In this document: piece by piece, positions 49,840-58,243 of the stretch
Position numbering within the stretch: position 1 is the stretch's first letter
Layout: each line of letters starts with the position of its first letter
The notes under the pieces: generated by a model
What the model was told of the DNA's origin: nothing
The model's database searches: none
What the model saw: the letters and a program-made list of their open reading frames with translations, nothing else
Program-made: the position numbers and the translations under genes
Origin: Bifidobacterium breve
GTDB lineage: Bacteria > Actinomycetota > Acidimicrobiia > Acidimicrobiales > Acidimicrobilacustridaceae
Assembly: GCA_945860545.1 (NCBI GenBank)
Contig: CAMAQM010000002.1
Span: 57,942 to 121,941 of the forward strand
DNA length: 64,000 bases
Direction: 5' to 3'

Positions 49840-51045
49840 ATGATTCGAATGTGGCTGTCCAGTGTCGTCGTCGTTTCGGCGCTTTTGTTGGGCTCTGTTG
49901 TGATGCCGACACCCGCCGATGCGGCGATCGACACGCTGACAATTGTGCCGAGTCCCAACGCTGACACAGGCGATAGTTTTTTGTCGTCGGTGTCGTGTGT
50001 GTCAACCTCATGGTGTGTCGCCGTTGGTTCCACGGGTTCCGTCGACGGCGTAGAGACGCTGATCGAGACCTGGGATGGGAGTTCCTGGACGGTTGTTGAC
50101 AGCCCAACTTCCGGCACTCGCGAAGATTTTTTGCGGTCGGTGTCGTGTGTGTCGACCTCATGGTGTGTCGCCGTTGGTTCCACGTACACCGATTTGGGCA
50201 CACAGGCGTTGATCGAGGTCTGGGATGGGAGTTCCTGGACGGTTGTTGACAGCCCAACTGCCGGCAGCAGCAATGATCAGTTGCGTTCGGTGTCGTGTGT
50301 GTCGACCTCGTGGTGCATCGCCGTTGGTTCCACCTCCACCGATACCGCCACGGAGACGTTGGTCGAGTTGTGGAATGGCAGTTCGTGGTCGGTTGTCGAT
50401 AGTCCGAATGCGTCCACGTTCGAAGACATGTTGCGCTCAGTGTCGTGTGTGTCGACGTCCTCATGCATCGCTGTGGGTTATTCCATCATGGATGGTGGGA
50501 ATCAAACACTGATGCTGACTTGGGATGGAAGTGACTGGTCAATCGTGGACAGCCCGAACCCCGGCACAGCGAATGAAATCCTGAACGGCGTGTCCTGCGC
50601 GTCCCTGTCTTGGTGCGTCGCAGTTGGTGCAACGCCATCAGAATCAGGCAATAAACCATTGGTCGAGGCATGGGATGGCAGCTCGTGGTCGGTCGTTGAG
50701 AGTCCGAATGATGGCAACAGCTTGCTGCAGTCAGTGTCGTGCACATCTGCGTCATCGTGTGTCGCAGTCGGATTCCTCGCTCCCTCTTTTTTCGGCACTG
50801 AGATGCTGGTTCAGGTCTGGGATGGCGTTACCTGGTCAACCCTGCCGAATCCGACTTCGGGCGCAACCGACGGTCAACTCGACGGGGCTTTCTGTCTGTC
50901 TGAGGCTTGGTGTGTCGGCGTTGGGATGAAAGCTGGTAGGACACAAACCTTGGTGGTGTCACTCACCGGCCCTGAGCCGGTACCAACAACAACAACTACA
51001 ACCACGACACTTTCGGACGAAGTCATTCCGTCATTCACCGGTTGA
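49840..51045 (+). CDS. secreted seven-repeat (beta-propeller-like) protein with poly-Thr linker and C-terminal PSFTG
   Basis: Signal peptide MIRMWLSSVVVVSALLLGSVVMPTPADA. Seven units of about 50 aa follow L.SVSC.S.SWCVAVG....TL.E.WDGSSWSVVDSPN. GGGAG precedes ATG 49840. Ends PTTTTTTTTLSDEVIPSFTG-stop. Confidence 0.75.
   Translation: MIRMWLSSVVVVSALLLGSVVMPTPADAAIDTLTIVPSPNADTGDSFLSSVSCVSTSWCVAVGSTGSVDGVETLIETWDGSSWTVVDSPTSGTREDFLRSVSCVSTSWCVAVGSTYTDLGTQALIEVWDGSSWTVVDSPTAGSSNDQLRSVSCVSTSWCIAVGSTSTDTATETLVELWNGSSWSVVDSPNASTFEDMLRSVSCVSTSSCIAVGYSIMDGGNQTLMLTWDGSDWSIVDSPNPGTANEILNGVSCASLSWCVAVGATPSESGNKPLVEAWDGSSWSVVESPNDGNSLLQSVSCTSASSCVAVGFLAPSFFGTEMLVQVWDGVTWSTLPNPTSGATDGQLDGAFCLSEAWCVGVGMKAGRTQTLVVSLTGPEPVPTTTTTTTTLSDEVIPSFTG
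49978..50965 (+). repeat. intragenic tandem repeat, period about 150 nt, about 7 copies
   Basis: The first copies share long near-identical DNA runs, such as gtgtcgtgtgtgtcgacctcatggtgtgtcgccgttggttccac and tgggatgggagttcctggacggttgttgacagcccaac. Confidence 0.7.
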
Positions 51046-51183
51046 ATCCGCGGTCGCTCGGCGACGGGTGACGCTCGCTTCTTCGCAGGCATCCCGGGAT
51101 TCAACCCCGGATTCATTTCATAGGCTGCCCGATCAAGCACACCGCGCCGGTTTCAGCCAATCGCGCCGGCAGCTACTTGACGA

Positions 51184-51855
51184 TCAGCAGGTGAAGGCGG
51201 GAACCACTTCGGGCGCGATGGTCGTGCTGGTGGTCGGCACGTACGCGACTCCGACCGGACCCCAGTTCAGACCGAACACTTCAGCACCGACGACCGACAG
51301 CAGTTCGATCTCGTCGCTCGGGGTGGCCACGCTCGCCGACCTGATCGATGTGGAGCCGCCATCACTAGAGACAAATGCGATCCGCACGCCATCTGCAGAC
51401 CACGTGGGCGTATGGATCCGCTGTCCACAGCGCGCCTTCGCCACAGGACTGACACCGGTCCCGTCCGCACTCATCGTCCAGATGCTCGTCGAAGGACCGC
51501 TTTCCTTCGCCCAGCTGATGCGGGTGCCATCGGGCGACCAGGACGGATCGCTGTCGTCGCCGACACGATCTGTGAGCCGGCGCACATCGGAACCATCGGC
51601 GTTCATCACGTAGATCTCGAGATCGCCGTCCATGGTGCTTGACAACACGATGCGGGTGCCGTCGGGTGAGTACTTCGCCGTGTAGATGAATGAGTCGAAC
51701 GAGGTGAGCTGCATGGGCGAGGTGCCATCGACGTTCATCTCCCACAGTTCCTGGAAGCCACTGCGGTCAGAAACGTAGAGGATGCGCGAACCGTCGGGGA
51801 AGAAAGTCGGTGCCGTGTCGATCGACGAACCGTTGGTCAGTTGGGTGAGACCGGT
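51184..51855 (-). pseudogene. PD40/TolB-like beta-propeller protein, 5'-truncated, ending PAFTC
   Basis: Repeated P.FSPDG-type blades (FFPDGSRILYVSD, YSPDGTRIVL, WSPDGTRISW, WSADGVRIAF). There is no signal peptide, and the apparent N-terminus of the track ORF is simply the antisense translation of the tRNA remnant. Confidence 0.6.
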
Positions 51856-51856
51856 T

Positions 51857-51919
51857 TCTGGTAGCTCGGCGCACTCATAACCCGAAGGTCGCAGGTTCAA
51901 ATCCTGCCCCCGCCACCAA
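51857..51919 (+). repeat. partial copy of the tRNA-Met 3' region (att-like direct repeat)
   Basis: It aligns with 47296-47358 with 5 mismatches. Two of these are compensatory in the T-stem (GTAGG/CCTAC versus GCAGG/CCTGC). The 5' acceptor and D-arm are missing. Confidence 0.8.
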
Positions 51920-52124
51920 CTCGGGTCTTCGCCCGTCACCGGAGCCGGTCCTGCGGGGCCGGCTTTTGTGCTTGTCGGCCCCGTGTGGAATCCGTCGGAT
52001 CACCAAGTTTCGGATCAGTCTCGATCTTTACCCCCGTAATCCTGGCGCCCTCTGCCTGTCGTGTCCCCACCACGCCAAACCCGCCGTCACCGGCACCATC
52101 CCCACCGGGCTCGGCAACCATTCC

Positions 52125-52304
52125 ATGGCGCTTGGTTCTATGGCAGCGATCATCCTTTGGAGTCGCAGCGGCAGTCGCTACCTGGAGCGCTTCAACTACG
52201 CCGGCTGGGTGGCACTGACCGACTACCTCACCCAGACCATCCTCGGGCTCACCACGCCGGGTTGGCTGCTCACCGGCGTCGGCTTGACCCGCACGACCGT
52301 GTGA
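52125..52304 (+). pseudogene. fragment of a DUF418 (YeiB-like) membrane protein
   Basis: Only a short piece, ..RYLERFNYAGWVALTDYLTQTILGL.., resembles the conserved GRMALTNYLLQS region. There is no upstream remainder. Confidence 0.35.
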
Positions 52305-52369
52305 AGTGCCGGCGCCGCTGGTGTTGTTGGGATCGCATCACGACGACGTGGCCGGTGCGGCCACCGTCA

Positions 52370-52813
52370 TCATCGGTTGGAGCGGATCCGTCCGGGCGTA
52401 ACCAAAACCGCGGTGCGACACTGTTCGCGCATGGTGCGGTCGTAGTCGTCCCAGTCGTCGTGGGTGCCGCCGGCGGCGGTGAAGACGTCTCGCATCAGGA
52501 CCCGAATCCGGTCCGGGTCAAGCTCGAACGTGTTGTCGTCGGGACCGACGAGTTCGGCGGCGCCGGTCACCGCCACCCAGTTCCAAGCCCGCCGAATGGC
52601 GACGGTCACGGGCGAGCCGCGTCGGACGTGGCGCAGACGGGCTGCAGCGCCTCCGGAGACGAAAGCGACTCGTGGCTCGTGGGTGACCGGATGATCGATG
52701 ACGCCACAGTTCACGACAGTGGACAGAACCGCGCCGTCGGCCTGCACGGTGGACGCCACGGCGAGGCCGTGCTCGTCGGCCAGGAACGACCGGACGGTGT
52801 CGAGTGGGGCCAT
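52370..52813 (-). CDS. pyridoxamine 5'-phosphate oxidase family protein (PPOX class, possibly F420-dependent)
   Basis: Pattern VRSFLADEHGLAVASTVQADGAVLSTVV ... VAFVSGGAAARLRHVRRGSPVTV ... WVAVTGAAELV is typical of the split-barrel family. ATG 52813 was chosen. Confidence 0.7.
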   Translation of the reverse strand: MAPLDTVRSFLADEHGLAVASTVQADGAVLSTVVNCGVIDHPVTHEPRVAFVSGGAAARLRHVRRGSPVTVAIRRAWNWVAVTGAAELVGPDDNTFELDPDRIRVLMRDVFTAAGGTHDDWDDYDRTMREQCRTAVLVTPGRIRSNR

Positions 52814-52901
52814 GGTCGCCTCAGCTCCCACCGGTGTTGACTTCGAGCATGTCACCCATACCGAATGCACCTTGGGTCCCGGCGGTCACCTGCTCGGCTG
52901 C

Positions 52902-52928
52902 GGGGTTGGCGGGGTTGGCGGGGTTGGC
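52902..52928. repeat. 9-bp tandem repeat (GGGGTTGGC) x3
   Basis: Three exact copies lie in the divergent intergenic region between the PPOX gene and the next FTG-tagged gene. Confidence 0.85.
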
Positions 52929-53030
52929 GGCATCGGTCATGCCCACATGGCGTACTCATGCTGTCTGTACATGGTGTATTGTCATGGCGGAAGGCACCGA
53001 AATCGACGCCGATATGCCAAGGAGCGAACC

Positions 53031-53834
53031 ATGGACAACCTGAGAGCAGGACTCGCGGATGCGTCGTCGATTCCGCATGCGAGGCTGGCGAAACGTGGTT
53101 TCTCTCTCCTGATCGCAGGTGTCTTGGTCCTGGCGGTGAGCGGTCCGCTCAGCAGCGCCAGTGCCCAACCGTCGAATTTCCTTACCTCGGACTACGGGAC
53201 CGGCACCGTGTTCGCCGAGGGACGGGCGTGCTGGGTGGGGTATCCGTTCCAAGTGAACGAAGCCATTGAGGTCACGGCCCTCATCGGTAGCCCGGAGTTC
53301 CCTGGCGGCTCGTCAAAGCCGATTGGCTACGAGGTAGCGATCTTCGAGGGTGGGTACGCGCCAGCGGATGAGGAGGCAGCGCAGGATGGTCTTGGCTGGA
53401 CGGGCACGGGTCTGATTGCAAGTGCGACGTTCACCGAGTCCGGTGAGGATCAGGCCGCATCCTTGTCCAGTCCCGTGGTGCTCGAGCCGGGCACCTGGTA
53501 CTTCCTCGGTGGGGGGTTCATCGAGGACGACTCGGTCTCCGGACCATACGTCGTCGAAGAGTTCGACCCCGTCGGCATGACGGCACCGGGTTCCGCTATC
53601 TCGACCTGGGCGGTGGCTGGCGACGGCACGAACCGGTCGCTTTCTCTTCCCCCGTGCGTCGGGTCGGCATCGGACCTTGCCACCCTTAGCAGCGACGACT
53701 CGTCGAATGTGAGGCCGTCCTATGGCTTTGCCTACGGTCCTGCTCCCGAGCCGGAGCCCCCAACTCCAACCCCGACCTCAACGCCGACGCCCGGACCGAC
53801 GCCCGGACCCGTGGCACCGAGCTTCACCGGTTGA
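53031..53834 (+). CDS. secreted protein with PT-rich linker and C-terminal PSFTG
   Basis: AAGGAG lies 6 nt before ATG 53031. Signal peptide ..FSLLIAGVLVLAVSGPLSSASA. Ends PEPEPPTPTPTSTPTPGPTPGPVAPSFTG-stop. Confidence 0.7.
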   Translation: MDNLRAGLADASSIPHARLAKRGFSLLIAGVLVLAVSGPLSSASAQPSNFLTSDYGTGTVFAEGRACWVGYPFQVNEAIEVTALIGSPEFPGGSSKPIGYEVAIFEGGYAPADEEAAQDGLGWTGTGLIASATFTESGEDQAASLSSPVVLEPGTWYFLGGGFIEDDSVSGPYVVEEFDPVGMTAPGSAISTWAVAGDGTNRSLSLPPCVGSASDLATLSSDDSSNVRPSYGFAYGPAPEPEPPTPTPTSTPTPGPTPGPVAPSFTG

Positions 53835-54390
53835 CGTGAAGCGTGTGGCCGACCCGTGGGACATCGTGAGTAACGGTGTCGCCACAGGGTCGTCGCAGGA
53901 TCGAAGTGGGTTCATGAGGAGCGGCGCAGAATAACTGCGGGCAGATCTTGGAACTCGACGTTGCCGCCATCGATACCGGGGTGAGGCTGCCATCGGCGCG
54001 AATGACATCGTGGCGGAGGTGGGTGTTGCCCCGCCGGTGCCCTACTGCCACGTCGGTAGTTGCGACGGGCTTGTGATCGCAGCACCGGTCGAGCGCTACT
54101 CCCGCCGGGCGTCTGACGACATCGTCGTGATCCGGCGGGCCGAGGCCCCGCCCGGTGTGAGAGCTCTAGGTCGCTGCCGTTGGTTGGATTACTCATTCCC
54201 CGGGCGCCGTCACCGGCGGGTACACGATTGCGAGCAGGAGTGTGGGTGGGGTCTGTGCCATGCTTTCGCTTGGGTCTCGACTGTGTGTGGACAAGCCCGG
54301 TGGATTGAACGGGTCGGTACCGGACAGACGGAAGGCCACGCGTACCAGCCCCGAGGGTCGGGGACCACCTCGAACAAGGAGTACCTCTCA

Positions 54391-55089
54391 ATGGCCAAGA
54401 CCAGTTTTTGGGGCGCACGTGCAGCGGCTGTGGCTGCTGCCGTTGGCCTCCTCGTCGGCACCGCCGGAGTTGTGGAAGCACAGCCCGTCGGCGGTGTTGA
54501 CGTCGCCTTCAACATCGCCGCAGGCGGAAGTTTGTCTGTCCCCCCTCTCGACGACAACTTTGAGATTGCCGTCCCCGACCCCAACGCACCGCAGCTGCAG
54601 GGCTCGTGGGACCCGACGACCGGCGATTTCGTCGGCGACCTGTCCGAAGAGAAGTTCACGGTCCAGATCACTGATCCGCTGGACATCACGATTGAGGTCT
54701 CCTTCGCGTCAACGGGGGTGAGCGGCAACATCCCGGCCGACGGCGAGCCCGGTTTCGTGGAGGTTTCGGGCTTCACCTACACCGCGCGTAATCCGGCCGA
54801 TCCGGTAGTGCTGAACTGCACGCTGGACGCGGGGGACGTGGAATTGGCCGCCACTCTGGTCCCCGGCGAGCCGGTCGGTCTGGTGTTGACGGGTACGGTC
54901 GTGTTTCCGTTGTCTCCGCTGCCTGGAGGCTGTGCTCTGTTGGCCTCACTGCTGCCCCAGGGGACGAACTCCCTCCCCGTGGATCTTGACTTGAGGCTGG
55001 CGCAGGTCACCGAACCGGCGCCCACGCCGACCCCCGAACCCGCGCCCACGCCCGCCCCTGCGGTCGCCAAGCCCGCGTACACCGGCTGA
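54391..55089 (+). CDS. secreted protein with PT-rich linker and C-terminal PAYTG
   Basis: AAGGAG lies 9 nt before ATG 54391. Signal peptide MAKTSFWGARAAAVAAAVGLLVGTAGVVEA. Two Cys. Ends EPAPTPTPEPAPTPAPAVAKPAYTG-stop. Confidence 0.7.
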   Translation: MAKTSFWGARAAAVAAAVGLLVGTAGVVEAQPVGGVDVAFNIAAGGSLSVPPLDDNFEIAVPDPNAPQLQGSWDPTTGDFVGDLSEEKFTVQITDPLDITIEVSFASTGVSGNIPADGEPGFVEVSGFTYTARNPADPVVLNCTLDAGDVELAATLVPGEPVGLVLTGTVVFPLSPLPGGCALLASLLPQGTNSLPVDLDLRLAQVTEPAPTPTPEPAPTPAPAVAKPAYTG

Positions 55090-55117
55090 GTCAACTCACT
55101 CATAATTGGTGGTCCTG

Positions 55118-55153
55118 GACACGGGGGCCTCGCTTCGGCGGGGCCCCCGTGTC
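55118..55153 (+). terminator. strong hairpin terminator candidate
   Basis: The perfect 12-bp stem GACACGGGGGCC/GGCCCCCGTGTC is extended by three C-G/G-C pairs and a G-U pair around a TTCG tetraloop, 29 nt after the stop. No U-tract follows, as is common in high-GC actinobacteria. Confidence 0.6.
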
Positions 55154-55291
55154 ACGTCCTCAAGCGAGATCCGTCGCTTGTGGCACGGAGATCCGCGCGC
55201 CGCTACCGACGTTGGCGTCGGGCCCGCTGAGGACCTTTACCTGCATCGCGGGGTAGCGGTGGTTGGGTAGTCATTGCATACTTTCCTAAGA

Positions 55292-55311
55292 GAATGTTGA
55301 TGCATCAACAT
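55292..55311. promoter_or_regulatory. perfect 20-bp palindrome AATGTTGATG/CATCAACATT (operator candidate)
   Basis: It sits in an AT-rich patch 60 bp upstream of the ADP-ribosylglycohydrolase GTG start. Confidence 0.5.
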
Positions 55312-55371
55312 TTATCGGCGGTCAGTTCCCTCCGGTTCGGGCCGCAACACCAAAGCGGTAAGGAAGATCAC

Positions 55372-56448
55372 GTGACACACGACGACCCACGGGTACCCCA
55401 ACGACTGCTGCCGTCAACGAGCGCCCCACCTGCGCAACCTGCGCGCATTGCCGCCGAGCGTCGAATCGAGTCTGCACGCGGCGTCATGGTGGGCACGGCC
55501 GTCGGTGACGCGCTCGGTCGGCCCGCCGAGGCACGCGACCCCACAACGTTTCGAGGCCGGGAGGATGACTTCCGGCACTATCAGCCGTGGAGCGGCTACG
55601 CGGGTGGACCGCCGGGAACGTTCACCGATGACACCCAGATGAGTATCTGCGTGGCGGAATCGATCCTCATCGGTGGCGGTCGGATTGACCCTGTCGACCT
55701 CGCCGAGCGTTTCGTTGCGTGGCTCCCCGAAGGTCGGGGGAAGGGCCAGACGTGTGTGGACGCGGTCCTTGAACTGGAGATGGGCGTCCCGTGGTGGGAG
55801 GCGGGTCAACCGTCCGCTGGCAACGGTGCTGCCATGCGAGTGGCCCCGATCGGAATCGCGCTGGGATCTGATATCGACGCGTTGTGTCTCGACAGCGCGC
55901 TCTCCGCAGTGATCACCCACGCAGATCCGATGGCGGTCGCAGGTGCGGTTGGACACGCCTGGCTCGTCGCCCGACTCGCTGCGTTGCGACCCGGCGGATT
56001 GGACGCCGCTTCGCTGCTCGACGATCTCGCGACTGCAATTTCGGTCATTGACGATCCCGGACACCCCGAACGGAGTTGGGAGAAGCGTCCAGGGAAGACG
56101 TCGGAACCGATCACACTGGCGTCACGTGTCCGGGAAGTCGCCGACATGCTTTCGTGGCCGACCGACAAGGCGTTCAGCCACCTGTACAACGGAGCCTTCG
56201 TGCTGGAAACGCTCCCGTGTGCCCTGTGGTGTTTTCTCCGTGACGTCAACGACCCCGAGGAAGGGGTGGTGACTGCCGTACTTGGTGGGCGCGACGCCGA
56301 CACCGTCGCATCCATGGCCGCGGCCTACTTCGGAGCGCTCCATGGCCCTAATGCCTTCCCGGAGCGGTGGTGCGGTGAGAACCTTGAGCGCTGGGACGAC
56401 CTCATCGATCTCGCTGATCGGCTCGTCGCGCTACCGGAGGTGTCCTGA
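55372..56448 (+). CDS. ADP-ribosylglycohydrolase family protein
   Basis: GTAVGDALGRP, FTDDTQMS, GNGAAMRVAPIG, GGRDADTVASMAAAYFGA. AAGGAAG precedes GTG 55372. Confidence 0.8.
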   Translation: MTHDDPRVPQRLLPSTSAPPAQPARIAAERRIESARGVMVGTAVGDALGRPAEARDPTTFRGREDDFRHYQPWSGYAGGPPGTFTDDTQMSICVAESILIGGGRIDPVDLAERFVAWLPEGRGKGQTCVDAVLELEMGVPWWEAGQPSAGNGAAMRVAPIGIALGSDIDALCLDSALSAVITHADPMAVAGAVGHAWLVARLAALRPGGLDAASLLDDLATAISVIDDPGHPERSWEKRPGKTSEPITLASRVREVADMLSWPTDKAFSHLYNGAFVLETLPCALWCFLRDVNDPEEGVVTAVLGGRDADTVASMAAAYFGALHGPNAFPERWCGENLERWDDLIDLADRLVALPEVS

Positions 56449-56553
56449 CGCGTCCTGCTCCGTTGGTCGGCCACACAACCGCTGACCACGACTGATCTTC
56501 ACCTCGTCCGAACGCAGTGTTGGCCCTTAGGACCGGTTCCAGTGGCGCGTCGT

Positions 56554-58080
56554 TCAGCCGGTGAAGGCGGGCCTGACCACCGGGGTCGCTGCTCCGAGTG
56601 GGGTTGGCTCAGGGCCGGGGGCCGAGGGTTGCGGCCCCATTGGGGTGCACGCCCCGGGGACCCACGTCGGGTCGGCGGCGGGGGCGTACCCGGTTTCACC
56701 GACGTCGGCGGATGCGGCCGTCAGCGCGGAGTACTCGTCGTCCTGTTCGGTCACGAACCCCCAATTGCTGTTCTCCCCGTCAGCTCGCCCGATGGCGGGC
56801 TGGTCAACGAGGCCGAACCAGTGGGCCCCGACGACGGCGCCGGTGTTGACGAGGCACTGGGCGAAGTTCCGGTAGCGGTCGGCGCGCTCTTGTTGTGTTG
56901 CGACGACGACCTGCAGCGGCGGCCAGGTGTTGGGCAGCCCCGAGTCGGTCGCCCGCCAACCGAACTCGCTAATCAACAATGGCTTGTCGGCGCGTGACCT
57001 GTGGGCGGCGAGCGTGTCGGCGGTTGGCAGGAATCGCGGCCCGACCCGGCCCACCAGTGCCTCGGCCTCCGGCGTCAATTCGTACCAGTTGATGCTGACC
57101 ACGTCGACGTGCCGGGCGGCGGCGTCGAGGACCTCGGGCACGATGAGTTGACCGAAGAAGCGGGTGCCGAGATTCATGTGGTTCGGGGCTGCAGCGGCAA
57201 GCGCAGCGTCCGTGACGGCGAAGTAGCGGTCGGCAACCTCGCCTGACCAGGCGTCACGGGTGGCCTGTGCACCCGGCCCGCGATCGGTGAGGGTGGTGGC
57301 AGCCGCCAGTGCTCCCCAGTCGCCAGCAGCGGTGTCGAAATCGGCGGCGAACGCCGCGAAGTTGTCTGCGTAGCGTCCCCGCAGCCAGTTCACCAGGTGC
57401 GTCTTGCCCGGCTCGGGAGATCCGCGTTCGGCGTAGTAGTCGAGCTGGTCACGTGGACGGAAGTCCTTCGTCCAGTGCAGCTCGTTATCGAGGAAATACC
57501 CCACCAGCCAGGGGTCGTTGGCCTTCCCGGCGGCCGCTTCCACCGTCTCTGCCTGCACGCTGTCCACCCAAGTCGGTGCCCAGAAGTCGTCGGTGCGTCC
57601 CGTGGCGACATCGTGATCGGCGAGCGAGAGCGAGACGGTGTACGGCGCGCGTCCGGCGAAGAGATCCAGATTGCTCCACCCACCGATGGTGTTGATCCCC
57701 CAGGAGTCGAAACGGGCCAGTTGGGCGTCAGCCCACGCAGCTTCACTGCCGTACTTGGCGAGAATGGTGTCGAGGTAGGCGGCGTTGCCGTTCCTGTCGA
57801 CGGTTCCCGTCGGGCGGACCGAGTTCAGCCCATTTGAGAAGAACGGGTGACCGTCGGGCGTCACCAGCCACCAGCGGTCGTCGACCTTCTCGGTGCGGAA
57901 ATGGCCGGTGGCGGCGAGCGTCAGCGGTGCCCATCCTCCGTAGGTGTCCCACAGTTCTTCGGCTGCGGACGATGGGGCAGGGGTGGCGATGGTTGCGAGC
58001 AGAATGAGTGTCGCTGCGAGGCCAGCACCGACGAACCGCAGCGGTGCACGACGACGCTGACAAGATCGCAGCTGAGGCAT
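56554..58080 (-). CDS. secreted glycoside hydrolase-like TIM-barrel protein with C-terminal PAFTG
   Basis: Arg-rich signal peptide (QRRRAPLRFVGAGLAATLILLA). FLDNELHW and LISEFGW are clan GH-A-like acid/base and nucleophile contexts. Ends PEPTPLGAATPVVRPAFTG-stop. Confidence 0.65.
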   Translation of the reverse strand: MPQLRSCQRRRAPLRFVGAGLAATLILLATIATPAPSSAAEELWDTYGGWAPLTLAATGHFRTEKVDDRWWLVTPDGHPFFSNGLNSVRPTGTVDRNGNAAYLDTILAKYGSEAAWADAQLARFDSWGINTIGGWSNLDLFAGRAPYTVSLSLADHDVATGRTDDFWAPTWVDSVQAETVEAAAGKANDPWLVGYFLDNELHWTKDFRPRDQLDYYAERGSPEPGKTHLVNWLRGRYADNFAAFAADFDTAAGDWGALAAATTLTDRGPGAQATRDAWSGEVADRYFAVTDAALAAAAPNHMNLGTRFFGQLIVPEVLDAAARHVDVVSINWYELTPEAEALVGRVGPRFLPTADTLAAHRSRADKPLLISEFGWRATDSGLPNTWPPLQVVVATQQERADRYRNFAQCLVNTGAVVGAHWFGLVDQPAIGRADGENSNWGFVTEQDDEYSALTAASADVGETGYAPAADPTWVPGACTPMGPQPSAPGPEPTPLGAATPVVRPAFTG

Positions 58081-58243
58081 TTCTTCAGTCTTTCAGATGA
58101 CTGATGGAACGGGTCGTCGCCCCGGTCTGACATCCGCTGGCATCTCATGGTGAACCGTCGTGGACTGCTACACCAGAGACGGACACGGCGTGATCTCTGC
58201 GGGGTCGCTTCGTTCAGCCGCGATAGTCGCCTCCGGGAGGGCC

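Larger units (their letters stand above)
47358..51919. mobile_element. decayed tRNA-Met-associated integrative island bounded by a 63-nt direct repeat
   Basis: The intact tRNA lies on the left and a 58/63-identical copy of its 3' part on the right. Inside are a truncated integrase, an EEP gene and lower-GC stretches with broken ORFs. Confidence 0.45.

Noticed and set aside
52861-52935. Possible CRISPR or minisatellite at the GGGGTTGGC repeat
   Set aside because: There are only three 9-bp units with no spacers, far too short for a CRISPR array. I reported it as a simple tandem repeat.
53912-54481. 189-aa minus-strand ORF in the long intergenic region
   Set aside because: It has extreme Arg/Pro content, no RBS and no motif, and overlaps the promoter and start of the plus-strand FTG-tagged gene.
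51043-55160. Idea that the TGA after FTG is read through or recoded to add a membrane anchor
   Set aside because: Translating past the TGA gives short hydrophilic peptides (for example IRGRSATGDARFFAGIPGFNPGFIS-stop and REACGRPVGHRE-stop). At 55089 a strong terminator hairpin follows. TGA is simply the common stop in this GC-rich DNA.
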